From the NCBI GenBank assembly GCA_016700095.1, contig CP065002.1:432463-496462 (forward strand): a stretch of DNA of 64,000 bases. The letters are read 5' to 3'. Below the pieces are notes generated by a model. It did no database searches. It was not told the origin of the DNA and saw nothing but the letters and a program-made list of their open reading frames with translations. Below, piece after piece: positions 28,454 through 39,257 of this stretch. The position numbers and the translations under genes are program-made. Numbering within the stretch: the stretch's first letter is position 1; every line of letters starts with the position of its first letter. The stretch comes from Candidatus Woesebacteria bacterium (GTDB lineage Bacteria > Patescibacteriota > Microgenomatia > UBA8517).

Positions 28454-29155
28454 ATGGAACTAAAGGAAAAAACAATACTTATCACGGGATCCACAGATGG
28501 GCTGGGAAAACTGTTGGCACAGCATTTTTCCGATAAAGGGTTAAGGGTAATTATCCACGGAAAAAACAAAGAAAAAGTACACTTAGTTAAAAAACAAATC
28601 AATGCATACGATACTGTTGTGTGTGATTTCAACAAACCATCAACGGTAAAAAGTGCTTTTGTGAAATTGGGTGAGTTGGATATTTTAATTAATAACGCCG
28701 GTGTATGGTTGGAGGGAAATACACTTGAGATGCAACACGAAAAAATTATTGAAAATATTAATGTAAATTTACTCTCGCATTTACTGGTAACAAGAACACT
28801 ATTGCCGAAACTTGTTAAGTCAAAATTTGCTCAAATATTAAATGTTGTAAGTGTCGCGGGTATCGAAATACCGTTTGATTATTATCATACGATTTATACT
28901 GCGGCGAAATATGGCATGCAGGGCTTTAGTGAAGGCTTGGAAAAAGAATTTGATAATAAAAATATTCGCGTTATGGGTTTTTACCCCGGAGGTATGAATA
29001 CCAAGTTATTTAAGAAAGCAGGGATGGTTTACAAAGTAAACGAGCCTTGGATGTTTGATATTGCGGAAGCGGTTGAAGCGATTGACTTCATGTTAACCAG
29101 ATCACCCAAAATAAATATTAAAAGGATGGATTTGATAAATCATTTACAAAAGTAA
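28454..29155 (+). CDS. Short-chain dehydrogenase/reductase (SDR) family oxidoreductase
   Basis: 'ILITGSTDGLGKLLA' Rossmann motif and 'YTAAKYGMQGF' catalytic YxxxK. The track start at 28418 is GTG and the ATG is at 28454. Confidence 0.8.
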   Translation: MELKEKTILITGSTDGLGKLLAQHFSDKGLRVIIHGKNKEKVHLVKKQINAYDTVVCDFNKPSTVKSAFVKLGELDILINNAGVWLEGNTLEMQHEKIIENINVNLLSHLLVTRTLLPKLVKSKFAQILNVVSVAGIEIPFDYYHTIYTAAKYGMQGFSEGLEKEFDNKNIRVMGFYPGGMNTKLFKKAGMVYKVNEPWMFDIAEAVEAIDFMLTRSPKINIKRMDLINHLQK

Positions 29156-29314
29156 GTAATGCTTCGGGTTGGCGCAAAGTTTAACTAACCATCTTTTTAT
29201 GAAAGTAGAATGGCTAACACTAAAGACTGTTGGCGAAGGACGAGAAATCACTTATTATTAATTACCACTCTAGCCGGTACTGTGGCACGCATCAGGCAAT
29301 TATAATTAAAATAT

Positions 29315-29926
29315 ATGACAAGTATTATATTTGGTACGACAAATGAAGCTAAAATAAAGCAACTTCAAAGTGTGTTGTCGGTCGATCGAATTGAAGTTGT
29401 CGGAATTGAGGACAAAAGCAAAATTCCAGAAATAGTTGAAAATGGTGAAACCGCTTTAGATAACGCCAGAATAAAATCCTTTGCTTACGCCAAAGCCTTG
29501 GGTAAAACGGTTTTTTCGATGGATAACGCGTTGTATCTTTCGGGTTTAACACAAGAGAAACAGCCGGGTGTTAATGTGCGAAGGATACATGGCATGTCTC
29601 AACGCCCGACAGATGAACAGATGCGAGATTACTATTCTAAACTGATCGACAAATTGGGAGGGAAAGTAAACGGGTATTGGGAGTATGGAGTTTGTATCGC
29701 CAACGAAAAAGGTGAATACAAAGAAACGGTGATAAGATCACCCAGGGTATTTGTTGGTAAACCGAGCGCTATTTTGGTCGATGGATATCCGCTTGAATCG
29801 CTTCAGATCGATCCGGAAACCGGACGCTACATTTCAGAAATGACGCGTGAGGAGCAAGATATATTTTGGCGACAAACAATTGGCCAGCAACTACTTATGT
29901 TTTTTCGGTCTGTAAAGTTTGCGTAA
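29315..29926 (+). CDS. Ham1/RdgB-family non-canonical purine NTP pyrophosphatase-like protein
   Basis: 'IIFGTTNEAKIKQLQSVL' (family consensus 'lATgNkgKlrEf') and 'SMDNALYLSGLTQEKQPGVNVRR'. Confidence 0.55.
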   Translation: MTSIIFGTTNEAKIKQLQSVLSVDRIEVVGIEDKSKIPEIVENGETALDNARIKSFAYAKALGKTVFSMDNALYLSGLTQEKQPGVNVRRIHGMSQRPTDEQMRDYYSKLIDKLGGKVNGYWEYGVCIANEKGEYKETVIRSPRVFVGKPSAILVDGYPLESLQIDPETGRYISEMTREEQDIFWRQTIGQQLLMFFRSVKFA

Positions 29927-30253
29927 TAGTTATTAATCCTACCAGTCTACGTTTAGTGCAAACAATATTTTCAACGTCAGAATAATTACTTTATTCAACA
30001 ATTGCGAAATCTGTGAACTAGAAGCCCGCGGATGAAGTAAAGTATTGAACAAACTTTTATTAGTTTGTAGAAAAACCGCTGACTTTTATATCGTGGTTAA
30101 TTATTGTGATTTGTCCGGTAATAGAGGGTACTTTCGTAATGAGTATCTGTTGACTTTATTCATTATTATTATTAACTTAATTCTCCTTAATCATGTTAGA
30201 ATTGGAAAAATTTACAGACCGGATTACGAATTAGTAGGAATTATTTAAATAAA

Positions 30254-30556
30254 ATGGAAAATGATCGACTGCCGAAATATTTATTAGAAGGTAGAGACAG
30301 TTTTAATTGTCAGCCGTGTAAAAACGGACCGCTTGTTACCGTGACAATAGCTCCTAATTATGATCGAGAAGGTACCCCAATAGAATACTTTCTCGGGTGT
30401 CCTTTAAGAAAACCGAAAAGTATGTGTCACGCGAGAAGAAATGACCGATATGTAAAGAATAGAAGATGTTGTTATTGGAAAGGTGACGGACTTGATTATC
30501 AAATAATTGGCCCGGGAATGGACCGTAAGCTCCCAGATGATAAGGAGTGGGTCTAG
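30254..30556 (+). CDS. Hypothetical small Cys-rich protein (7 Cys incl. CxxC and CC)
   Basis: ATG start. Cysteine pattern 'NCQPC…GCP…MCH…RRCCYW'. Confidence 0.35.
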   Translation: MENDRLPKYLLEGRDSFNCQPCKNGPLVTVTIAPNYDREGTPIEYFLGCPLRKPKSMCHARRNDRYVKNRRCCYWKGDGLDYQIIGPGMDRKLPDDKEWV

Positions 30557-30763
30557 CAAAGACTGTCGCAATCGTGTGTAGGAGACACTAGAGCAGTTTC
30601 ACTTCGTTACAGGCAGTTGATTAAAATGCAGTTAGAACTGCTTGGAAGAATATAATTATAATTGTTTGCTCGCTTAGTGTGTAACTACATCGAAGTCGGT
30701 TTCAAAGTAAGAAGTTCAAGTGCGTCTTTGCCGATAGTCTATTAAGCAATATAATATTGCCAT

Positions 30764-31363
30764 ATGGATATCGAATGGGAAGCGAAATTTTCCGATATAA
30801 ATAAAAATGAAATACGAAGTCGGTTGGCAGTAAGTGGTGCACAATTGGTTAAACCGGAATTTCTCCAGAAAAGAGTCACCTTTAATTTACCGACAGGACA
30901 TGAATTGGAAGGTGCTTGGGTTAGGGTGCGTGATGAAGGTGACAAATTCACAATGAGTTTGAAAATCGTTAGTGGTGACAAAATTCAAGACCAAAAAGAG
31001 ATTGCATTACAAATAGATAATTTTGAAAACGCACGTACTTTGCTAACAACCATCGGTTGCGACGAAAAATCTTATCAGGAAAATAAACGGGAATTGTGGA
31101 TTCTCGATGGTGTGGAAATTACACTTGACGAATGGCCGTATCTTGAACCGTTTGTTGAAATTGAAGGAAAATCGGAAGCCGAAGTTAGAAGAATTAGTGA
31201 AGAATTAGGCTTCGATTGGTCAAAGGCGATATTTGGCTCTACACATTTTCTGACAAGTAGAAAATATCATATTCCGGAGAGTAATTTAAACAACGAAATT
31301 CCACGAATAGTATTCAATGAACCAAACCCTTATGTGAAGTGGTTAGAAAAAAATAAAAGATAA
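30764..31363 (+). CDS. CYTH-domain (triphosphate tunnel metalloenzyme; CyaB/thiamine-triphosphatase-like) protein
   Basis: N-terminal 'DIEWEAKF' (ExExK signature), later 'EIE' acidic motifs, and a ~190-aa size. Confidence 0.55.
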   Translation: MDIEWEAKFSDINKNEIRSRLAVSGAQLVKPEFLQKRVTFNLPTGHELEGAWVRVRDEGDKFTMSLKIVSGDKIQDQKEIALQIDNFENARTLLTTIGCDEKSYQENKRELWILDGVEITLDEWPYLEPFVEIEGKSEAEVRRISEELGFDWSKAIFGSTHFLTSRKYHIPESNLNNEIPRIVFNEPNPYVKWLEKNKR

Positions 31364-31459
31364 AGATAAATCATTAAACACAATATTTATTAAAGAATTT
31401 CCATTTCCGAATCTCCATCCACACCAATCTAAATTCTGGTAAAATAACTTCAGATTGAT

Positions 31460-32107
31460 ATGAATATACTACCAAATGCCACAAGAATTTTGTGTTTTGG
31501 GGATAGTAACACTTGGGGTTATATTCCAGCTTCAGGGAAAAGGTATCCAGTTGGTGTCAGATGGACAAGTTTACTTCAAGAAAAATTAGGAAATGATTTT
31601 GAAATTATTGAAGAAGGCCTTAACAGTAGAGCTACTGATATAGATGACCCAAAGCATATCGGTAAAAACGGCTTAACTTACTTCAGACCTTGTTTGGAAA
31701 CCCACCACCCGATTGATTTAATAATTCTTATGCTTGGGACAAATGATATGAAGGAAAGATTTAATAGAACTCCCGAGCGAATTACCAAAGGAGTAGAAAA
31801 CCTCTTGTTGTCAGTAAAAGAATTTATAGAGGAGGAAGAAACCATAATGCCAAAGATTGTTGTTGTTTCACCTCCATTAGTTGATGAGGAAGTTGAAGGA
31901 GTAAAAGAAAAATATTTGGGTGCAGGTGAAAAATCAAAGCATTTGGGCTCGCTTTATGAAGTTATTGCGAAAAAATACAACTGTGAATTTATTGATATTG
32001 CAAAACTGGTTTCGCCAAGTAAAAAAGACGGTTACCACCTTGAACCCGAAGATCATAAGAAAATTGCTGATTATTTTTACGGTTTAATCTTAGAGGCAGA
32101 ATTATGA
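31460..32107 (+). CDS. SGNH/GDSL-family hydrolase (esterase/lipase)
   Basis: Block I 'ILCFGDSNTWGY', block III 'LGTND', block V 'DGYHLEPEDH'. Confidence 0.75.
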   Translation: MNILPNATRILCFGDSNTWGYIPASGKRYPVGVRWTSLLQEKLGNDFEIIEEGLNSRATDIDDPKHIGKNGLTYFRPCLETHHPIDLIILMLGTNDMKERFNRTPERITKGVENLLLSVKEFIEEEETIMPKIVVVSPPLVDEEVEGVKEKYLGAGEKSKHLGSLYEVIAKKYNCEFIDIAKLVSPSKKDGYHLEPEDHKKIADYFYGLILEAEL

Positions 32108-32673
32108 TTACGAAAACTTTAATAAAAAAAGTTGAAAAAATTGTATATGAAGATATAGAGAAGTATGGTGCTCCTTCAAAATTTCAAGTAGATTACACAA
32201 ATGAAAAAGGGCAATGGTTAGCCAATAAGTTAGGTGCTGATAAGAAAATAGTGCTATTAGGAACATTATTGATGGATAGCAAGTTGGGACAGGCTTACAA
32301 AGAAGGAAGGCTGAAAGACCATATTGAAATGAGTAGGAAGTTGGCAGATGAATTCTTGTCTGTGAGTAGTGAAATTACCGATACCGAAAAAGAAAACATC
32401 TTACATTGTGTTTTACAACATCACGGAGTAAAAAAATTTTACTCACTGGAAGCAGAGATATGTTGTAATGCAGATTGTTACAAATTCGCTTCAGTAAAAG
32501 GGGTTATCGGAAGCATAAAAAATCTGAGAGATATGCCACTGGAGGATTTAGTTAAACTTTTTATTGAAAAGGCAGAAGAAAAATGGAATGCATTAAGTTT
32601 GGGTATTTGCAGGAAGGAACTTAAACCACAATACGAAGCGATAGTAAATTTGTTAAAAGCATATCAAAACTAA
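32104..32673 (+). CDS. Hypothetical protein (possibly HD-superfamily-like)
   Basis: ATG start overlapping the upstream stop (ATGA). His-rich 'LHCVLQHHG'. Weak. Confidence 0.35.
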   Translation: MITKTLIKKVEKIVYEDIEKYGAPSKFQVDYTNEKGQWLANKLGADKKIVLLGTLLMDSKLGQAYKEGRLKDHIEMSRKLADEFLSVSSEITDTEKENILHCVLQHHGVKKFYSLEAEICCNADCYKFASVKGVIGSIKNLRDMPLEDLVKLFIEKAEEKWNALSLGICRKELKPQYEAIVNLLKAYQN

Positions 32674-32677
32674 GATT

Positions 32678-33223
32678 ATGAAACTATATAGATTTAGTCC
32701 CATAAAAAACGAGAAAGAGCTCTTAGACGCCATTAAGCATACTCATTTTGAGTGTTATAAACTTAGCAAGCAATCTTTTGGAAGATATTTACCAAATGCA
32801 GGAAACATTGGGATATTTTGTCATTACGATGATGAGTTTGAACGCTTGATCAAAATTCGTGAAAGACTTACCGAAAAATCAGATAATTATAATCAGAAGT
32901 ATTTCAGATTACATAAACCGATTACCATACCTCAAAAGGGAGATGTTCCGGAAACTATTTACACCTATCTTTATATTAGAAGGCCTGATCCGTATCGTTC
33001 ACAAGTGGGAGATGTGGATTTTTATTTGCAGCCAGAAAAATACAATAAACTAAAGACAGAAATGTTGAAAGGAAAAAAAGTAAAAGGGGCAAGAGTCTTT
33101 GATAGACCTGATTTGGATATGATCGAGCTTTATGATCCGGATAGCGACGCTCTTGGGTATGTGAGCACTGAAAAGATGTCTGAATTGGTGAGAGTTAAAT
33201 TATCAGAACATACCAAGTTGTGA
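32678..33223 (+). CDS. Hypothetical protein
   Basis: ATG start 4 nt after the previous gene. No domain recognised. Confidence 0.35.
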   Translation: MKLYRFSPIKNEKELLDAIKHTHFECYKLSKQSFGRYLPNAGNIGIFCHYDDEFERLIKIRERLTEKSDNYNQKYFRLHKPITIPQKGDVPETIYTYLYIRRPDPYRSQVGDVDFYLQPEKYNKLKTEMLKGKKVKGARVFDRPDLDMIELYDPDSDALGYVSTEKMSELVRVKLSEHTKL

Positions 33224-33435
33224 TTTGGTGTGTTCGGGAATGACCTGTGTAATATGTAAATAAAGATATACCAAACTTATTCATCGATTCCGGTATGTGA
33301 TTTTTACAACAAAGCTACAGATAATCAAGTAAAATAGTATTTATCCGCTAGACATCACTTATTAAGTTAGTCTAAACTCACTACGCAGCAAGTTTTTTCT
33401 ACGACCATTAGTGATTATTAAAGTACGATATCATC

Positions 33436-34629
33436 ATGAAAGACAAAAGAATCTGGATTATTTTTTTGATTATTTTTGTAAACCTACTTGGCTTTGGAAT
33501 TATTTTGCCTCTCCTTCCTTATTATGTTGAAAGTTTCGGCGCCGGCCCTTTGACTATCGGGCTAATATTTGCCTCTTATTCTTTTTTCCAGATAATTTCG
33601 GCACCGATTTTGGGGGAGCTGTCGGATAAATTTGGCAGACGACCGGTTTTGTTATTCTCGATTTTCGGAACCGCAGTATCCTTTGGTTTACTGGGTATCG
33701 CAAATTCAATTCCGCTTTTATTTCTGTCGCGCATAATTGATGGAGCAACAGGTGGAAATATTTCAACGGCTCAGGCTTACATTGCCGACATAACTACCAA
33801 AGAAAATAGAACCCAGGGAATGGGAATAATGATGGCAGCTTTTAGTTTGGGTTTTATAATAGGGCCTGCATTAGGCGGCTTGTTATCGGTATATGGATAT
33901 GCAGTCCCTGCTTTTGTAGCAGGGATAGTTGCACTTGGGGCAACTTTACTTACATATTTCTTTTTACCGGAATCACTCAAACGGGATGCGAATTCTATAA
34001 AAGTTAAGGGAAAAAGACGGCCAATATTTAGTGTTAAAGATTTCTATGATGCCTTGACTCATCCCGAAGTGGGATTGATGCTCAGCATTTCTTTTATGAC
34101 TATGTTTGCATTTTCTCTCATGCAGGGTACGTTTGCCTTATTTACCGAGCATAGCCTTAGTTTGACTGCACAGACGAATGGGTTTATTTTTGCGTACCTT
34201 GGCTTTATCGGAATAATTGTCCAGGTATTTTTGCTAAAGCGAATTTTGAAATTATTACCCGAACACAGAATAGTCACTATCGCGATTGCTTCACTTGCAG
34301 TCTCGCTTGCCCTGATTGCCCTAAGTACCAATCTAATTATGCTTGTTATTGCAATTACAATTCTTGCTATAGCAAACGGAGTTTCAGGGCCGGTAATCGC
34401 GGGATATATATCGAAATTAACACCCGACAATGAACAGGGAAATATTGCCGGAATGAATCAATCGGTCGGCGGTGTTGCGCGATTATTTGGTCCGTTGCTT
34501 GGAACATTTTTTTACAGCCAAATAGGTATGAGATCACCATACTTTATTGCAACTGGGATTTTGTTATTAACGTGCATTTATGGAATTAAAAAATTAAAAC
34601 CCGTAAAGGAAGTTGTCACGCCAATGTAA
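33436..34629 (+). CDS. MFS transporter (TetA/multidrug-efflux-like, 12 TM)
   Basis: 'GELSDKFGRRPVLL' MFS motif A and a 12-TM profile. Confidence 0.8.
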   Translation: MKDKRIWIIFLIIFVNLLGFGIILPLLPYYVESFGAGPLTIGLIFASYSFFQIISAPILGELSDKFGRRPVLLFSIFGTAVSFGLLGIANSIPLLFLSRIIDGATGGNISTAQAYIADITTKENRTQGMGIMMAAFSLGFIIGPALGGLLSVYGYAVPAFVAGIVALGATLLTYFFLPESLKRDANSIKVKGKRRPIFSVKDFYDALTHPEVGLMLSISFMTMFAFSLMQGTFALFTEHSLSLTAQTNGFIFAYLGFIGIIVQVFLLKRILKLLPEHRIVTIAIASLAVSLALIALSTNLIMLVIAITILAIANGVSGPVIAGYISKLTPDNEQGNIAGMNQSVGGVARLFGPLLGTFFYSQIGMRSPYFIATGILLLTCIYGIKKLKPVKEVVTPM

Positions 34630-34763
34630 TAAAAGTAAGTTGGTAACAAGTTTCTTTAAGAAAACTAACCGGGTTTGCAGCAATTCTTCGGAATATTTAA
34701 TCTAAGAAGTTTTTGGATCTTGGATAAGTGTAACAATAATTTAATCTACAATTTGCAATACAA

Positions 34764-35552
34764 TTACTTTTTGGCTCTAGCTATTACTTTTACAAAAGCT
34801 GATTTATCACCGTAAAATACTTCTTCTCCACTTTCAATTTTCTCTATTCTAAAATTATTACTCACAAGTGACCCAGCATAACTTTCGCTGAAAAAGTGCC
34901 GTACGTGTCCGCGGTGCTCGAACATATCTTTTTCTATCTCAGTGCCGATACCGTATAGCGGATCACGTGTAGATTTACAGATGAAGCAAAGATAGCCGTT
35001 AGGTTTTAATAATTTATGTATATCATCAATAATCCTGCGAGTAACTTTGTCAGTAAAGTAATGGAGTGATAAGCGGGCGTAAACAACATCAAACATATCG
35101 GAGAAAAAAATCCGCTTATTCATGTCTGCCACCGTAAAAATTAAATTGGGTACGTTTCTAAATCTTTCGGTGTTTTTCGCAATTGCAACACCGGAAAAAT
35201 CCGTAGCAATAACACTGTGGCCGGCATTCGCCAATGCGACGGAGTCATTGCCGGCTCCACATCCTAATTCCAATATTTTCGAATTTGGATCAATAAATTT
35301 TATTATTTCCCGGGCAAAGTCAGTCGGCTTATCTGAATAGTGATCAATATTACCTTTTTTGTGTAACGTGTCCCAATGGTGTTGTTGATTACTCACATTT
35401 GAATTATAACAGAGGTTAAGGAATTTGGATGATTGATTGGTAGCGCGGAAGTGGTGAACTATGTCAGGGCCTGTGCAGGCATTAACAAGCGACCTTCGAA
35501 CGGAAAAATTAGTCAGTTTGATCTTCAGCGACTCGCAGTTTTTCGGTCCCAA
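34764..35552 (-). CDS. SAM-dependent methyltransferase (TehB/thiopurine-MT-like); true start uncertain (track start is TTG)
   Basis: 'ILELGCGAGNDSVALANAGHSVIATDFS' and 'LKPNGYLCF'. Confidence 0.65.
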   Translation of the reverse strand: MGPKNCESLKIKLTNFSVRRSLVNACTGPDIVHHFRATNQSSKFLNLCYNSNVSNQQHHWDTLHKKGNIDHYSDKPTDFAREIIKFIDPNSKILELGCGAGNDSVALANAGHSVIATDFSGVAIAKNTERFRNVPNLIFTVADMNKRIFFSDMFDVVYARLSLHYFTDKVTRRIIDDIHKLLKPNGYLCFICKSTRDPLYGIGTEIEKDMFEHRGHVRHFFSESYAGSLVSNNFRIEKIESGEEVFYGDKSAFVKVIARAKK

Positions 35553-36179
35553 CCTGTATATGCAATTCGATAGTGAAATCGGTATTTTGGCTTATTATAA
35601 AGTATAATTGTGTGTTTATGAGCGAAGGAATGTTTCATCCAGAATCGGCAAGACAAGGAGAAATCACTACAAGAGAAAGAGAGCGAGTTGCAGAAGTTGT
35701 ACAAACTCCAGAACCGGTGGTAACAATTTCTGGCGAACAATTAAGAGAGTCACAGACAGGCTTTGCCATAGGTAGGGGATTCGAAAAGTTTGAGGATATG
35801 CCTCCGATAGAAAGGGCAGTTTTTTTGGACTATTGAAAACGGGGTAGCAAACAATCATTTGAAAGCAGAAAAGGCAGCGGTTGAGGCTGGACTAGACCGA
35901 AAAGAGCAACTTGATTATATGATTAAGGCTTTGGAGGCTCGAATGCGTGCATTATCGCGATCTCTCAACAAGGCTGATATTATAGAGTTTCAGTCTTTGG
36001 ATAATATTGGTCAGAGTTTAAGACAAGAACATGCTAAATTAAAATAGACCTTATTGACATTCAAAGACTTCAGGAATTTCTTATTCATAGTTATTTTCAT
36101 TTGGAGCTTCACTTGGAATAGCTTGATTTTCAGAGCTATCATTCCCCAACACTGATCTTAACCTTTCAAGTGTATCTTC

Positions 36180-36413
36180 GAAGTTGATTTTTTACTTCTG
36201 AAAATATCTCCGGGAACTTTTGAAAATGGGGCAAAAGGCTGGTTGCTTTATTTTGTGTCAAAAAGAGCGATTGAGGATTTGACGGTGGGGTTAGCAGAAG
36301 AGTCGAAAGATAATGAGATAAGGGTGAATTGTGTTTCGCCGTCAGATACGGCTACTGAGGAATATATTAAATGCTTTCCCAAAGACGCTAAGTCGCTGAT
36401 GCGCCAGAACTAG
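36180..36413 (+). pseudogene. C-terminal fragment of an SDR oxidoreductase gene (remnant)
   Basis: Translates to '…LYFVSKRAIEDLTVGLAEESKDNEIRVNCVSPSDTATEEY…', i.e. the YxxSK catalytic site plus the 'IRVNxVxPG' segment, with no intact upstream Rossmann region. Confidence 0.5.
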
Positions 36414-36512
36414 TTGCGCGTCTTATGTTTGAAGTATCCAAGAAACATGAGACAAGACAGTATTGGGAAATTAAAAAAGGTTTAGTTTCAAAAGTCTGTT
36501 ATCATAAATAAT

Positions 36513-37370
36513 ATGGAATGGTTTTGGCTTACATTGGTTTACCTATGCTTCATGGTCATAGCTGCACTTATAAACAAAAAAAGTTTGTCGATAAATGGTA
36601 TTGACGAGCTTGTCTTTGGTTCATCCGTGCAACTTATTACAGGAATAATTTGTCTAGTTCTTGCATTAGTGACTGGTTGGAGTTTCACTTTCGATTCGAA
36701 ATCAATCTTGATGATTGTTTTGATGATTGGTACATATACTCTGGCTGTGACTTGTTATTACACAGGACTGAAAAGAGTTGATTTGTCTGAGGAAACAATA
36801 TTAAGTTCGACAGGCGCGATCTGGAGTCTAATACTTGGTGTTTTGATTATAAATGAGAGCTTTGGTTGGTCGAAAATAGTAGGAGTTTTGTTCATCCTAA
36901 TTGCCAACACAATACTTTTCTGGGGACCGTCAATTCTTCGGTTCGGCAAATACGAGAAAATAATTCTATTTTCTACAATTTTCTACGCCCAAGGTGCAGT
37001 ATGGGACAAACTTCTAAGTGGCTACGGTAATTCACTAAGCTATGTCGCCATATCCTTTGGTTTGACCGGATTATTTATGCTTACTTTTTATCACAAAAGG
37101 ACAATTAGAGCGGTTAAGGGGACCTTTCTTTTGAAGGCATACTGGAAGGGAGTGTTGACAAACGGCTTATTGTATTCCTTTGCTTTTTGGGCGTTGTTTA
37201 GCGCTTATCTAAAAGGAGGGGAAGTGTCGCGAATGTTCCCGATGACACTATCAACGTCAGTATTGGTTCCAATTTTTGGGATTGTAATCCTCAAAGAATA
37301 CAAAGGAATGCAAAGAAAACTAATTGCATCGGCTGTACTAATTTTTGGTATGTTTATGATCGGGAGATAG
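36513..37370 (+). CDS. EamA/DMT-superfamily membrane transporter
   Basis: Ten hydrophobic helices in two halves, typical EamA architecture. Confidence 0.55.
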   Translation: MEWFWLTLVYLCFMVIAALINKKSLSINGIDELVFGSSVQLITGIICLVLALVTGWSFTFDSKSILMIVLMIGTYTLAVTCYYTGLKRVDLSEETILSSTGAIWSLILGVLIINESFGWSKIVGVLFILIANTILFWGPSILRFGKYEKIILFSTIFYAQGAVWDKLLSGYGNSLSYVAISFGLTGLFMLTFYHKRTIRAVKGTFLLKAYWKGVLTNGLLYSFAFWALFSAYLKGGEVSRMFPMTLSTSVLVPIFGIVILKEYKGMQRKLIASAVLIFGMFMIGR

Positions 37371-37989
37371 TGTAGGGTGGGGGTTCATGAACTTCTTGTT
37401 AGATTTCATTACGAATTAAAGATTGGAAATTTTGATTTTTTGGTAGATTGGTATTACCTGTTGCGTCAATTATTTCGTGCCTTACTAGTGTTACTGTGGT
37501 TTGAGAGTCCGACGAGAAAAGAACATAAAATTTATCACACTCAAAACCTGCCGAATTAATATGTGTGTTGTAATTTCGCCTCATTGTTTGGATCAATCGT
37601 CTTAATACCTGGATATGCGCGTGGACTGGAGGCTTCGTCAAGTGTGTCGGTAATAAGTACAACTATACCGTTATTAAAAGCATACCGTTTGTTATTGTTA
37701 AAATTTAGAATATATAAATAAATATAAACAAACTATTGGTAAAATAAAAATATGGATGAAGAAGGTAGGTACTTGTCATGCCATCTATAGCAAAATTGTA
37801 GTCTAGTCCCAACATTCCATTACAGTAGGTTACTTCATGGAAGTAAGCCAATTCTTAATGTGATTTGCCAAATAACTATTAATGATATAAAAATACATGC
37901 AATCACGAAGGTCAATTTTTACGTAAATAATTAAATATTATTTACTACCGTTTGTTTGTAGAAGTTGGTATCCTTTGCAAAAAATATTC

Positions 37990-38316
37990 TTAGTGTGAAA
38001 TGGGTTCAAGTTGTAGATGATTTTCGATTCTTTCAACTCTTTCGAGTAGTCGAATGAACTCTCTGTCTAAGAAATTAATTGCTTTATCGAGCTTTCTGTC
38101 TAACTTATCTATTCTTTGGTTTAGTCTCTTTTCCAAATCAATGATCTCTTTATGGACAATTTTTCCAGTTTCCACTTGAACAATCTTTGTAGTTTCGTCA
38201 TGCACAATCTTTCTCGTTTCCGCCTGAACAATTTTGGGAGTTTCCGTTTGTACAATCTTAGTCGTTTGTTCTTGAACAATCTTTGCTATCTGATTAAGAT
38301 CTGTCTTTGTTAACAT
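37990..38316 (-). CDS. Hypothetical coiled-coil protein with 8-aa tandem repeats (ETxKIVQ/H)x6
   Basis: 'KIVQTETPKIVQAETRKIVHDETTKIVQVETGKIVHKEI', from a 24-bp DNA periodicity (ACAATCTT core). Confidence 0.45.
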   Translation of the reverse strand: MLTKTDLNQIAKIVQEQTTKIVQTETPKIVQAETRKIVHDETTKIVQVETGKIVHKEIIDLEKRLNQRIDKLDRKLDKAINFLDREFIRLLERVERIENHLQLEPISH

Positions 38317-38472
38317 AAGTAGAATATATTATTATTTCCTGCTATTTTCAAGAATTCAAACTGTATCAGTGATTAGAAAAGGTTTATTGTGCTAACCTAA
38401 AAAGTTTGTCACCGTCCAAATTTTTTTGTGCAAATGTGACACAAATAAAAGTGCTGAATAGGTTTTGTGTGC

Positions 38473-38823
38473 CTACCACAAGGGTAATTCGATCCCGGGT
38501 TGTGAGAACATAACAAATATTAGTAACTCGATAGGCCACCAAAATTTGTCAAACAGCCAGGAAATAAAGTATTCACTCCCGAAATGTCCGCAATTCGTGG
38601 TACCTCCGTATTTAAATGGACAATAATAAGCTGTTCTAATTACAAATACTTCCAATAGTATTCCCGTGGCAAGGTATATAAATAATCCCAAACTGCCTAT
38701 AAAAATAACTTTATTTAATCTTCGCGAAAACCGCAGACGAAGGGAAGTATTGGAAAAATTCTTTATAGTATTGCGAGAAACTCCCGCACATTTGGGTGTT
38801 GGTGGTGTATTATTTTTTTTCAT
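38473..38823 (-). CDS. Hypothetical membrane protein (2-3 TM)
   Basis: ATG start and hydrophobic segments. Confidence 0.4.
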   Translation of the reverse strand: MKKNNTPPTPKCAGVSRNTIKNFSNTSLRLRFSRRLNKVIFIGSLGLFIYLATGILLEVFVIRTAYYCPFKYGGTTNCGHFGSEYFISWLFDKFWWPIELLIFVMFSQPGIELPLW

Positions 38824-39257
38824 TAGTTAATAATAACAAAATAATAATAGGTTATTTAAGAAGGTAAATGGTTATCAGAAAGCTAAAAGAGAAAGATTTC
38901 TTATTTTTACTATGAAGGATTTCTCTTTGGCAGAATTTGTCCTTTATGGGTTTTTAAATAGCCATAACTGATTGAGATACGAAATATTATGAAACTTATG
39001 GCACTCTTAAGGCCGCAAATGATGAGATTGCCTTGGGAAAATCCGTTCTGTAATTATTTTTTTCGATACTTACTTTTTCAAGCAATTATTACAGTTCTAT
39101 ATCTGAAATGGTCAAAATAATTGATCAGGTACCCTTTTCAAATTAACGGTAAGTGGGTATTTGTTAACAAAGTATTAATTGTCATACATGGTATACACAA
39201 TAAAATTAAGATGAAATTCATCTGTTGTACCATTATAGTTATTGGTAAAATATAAGC

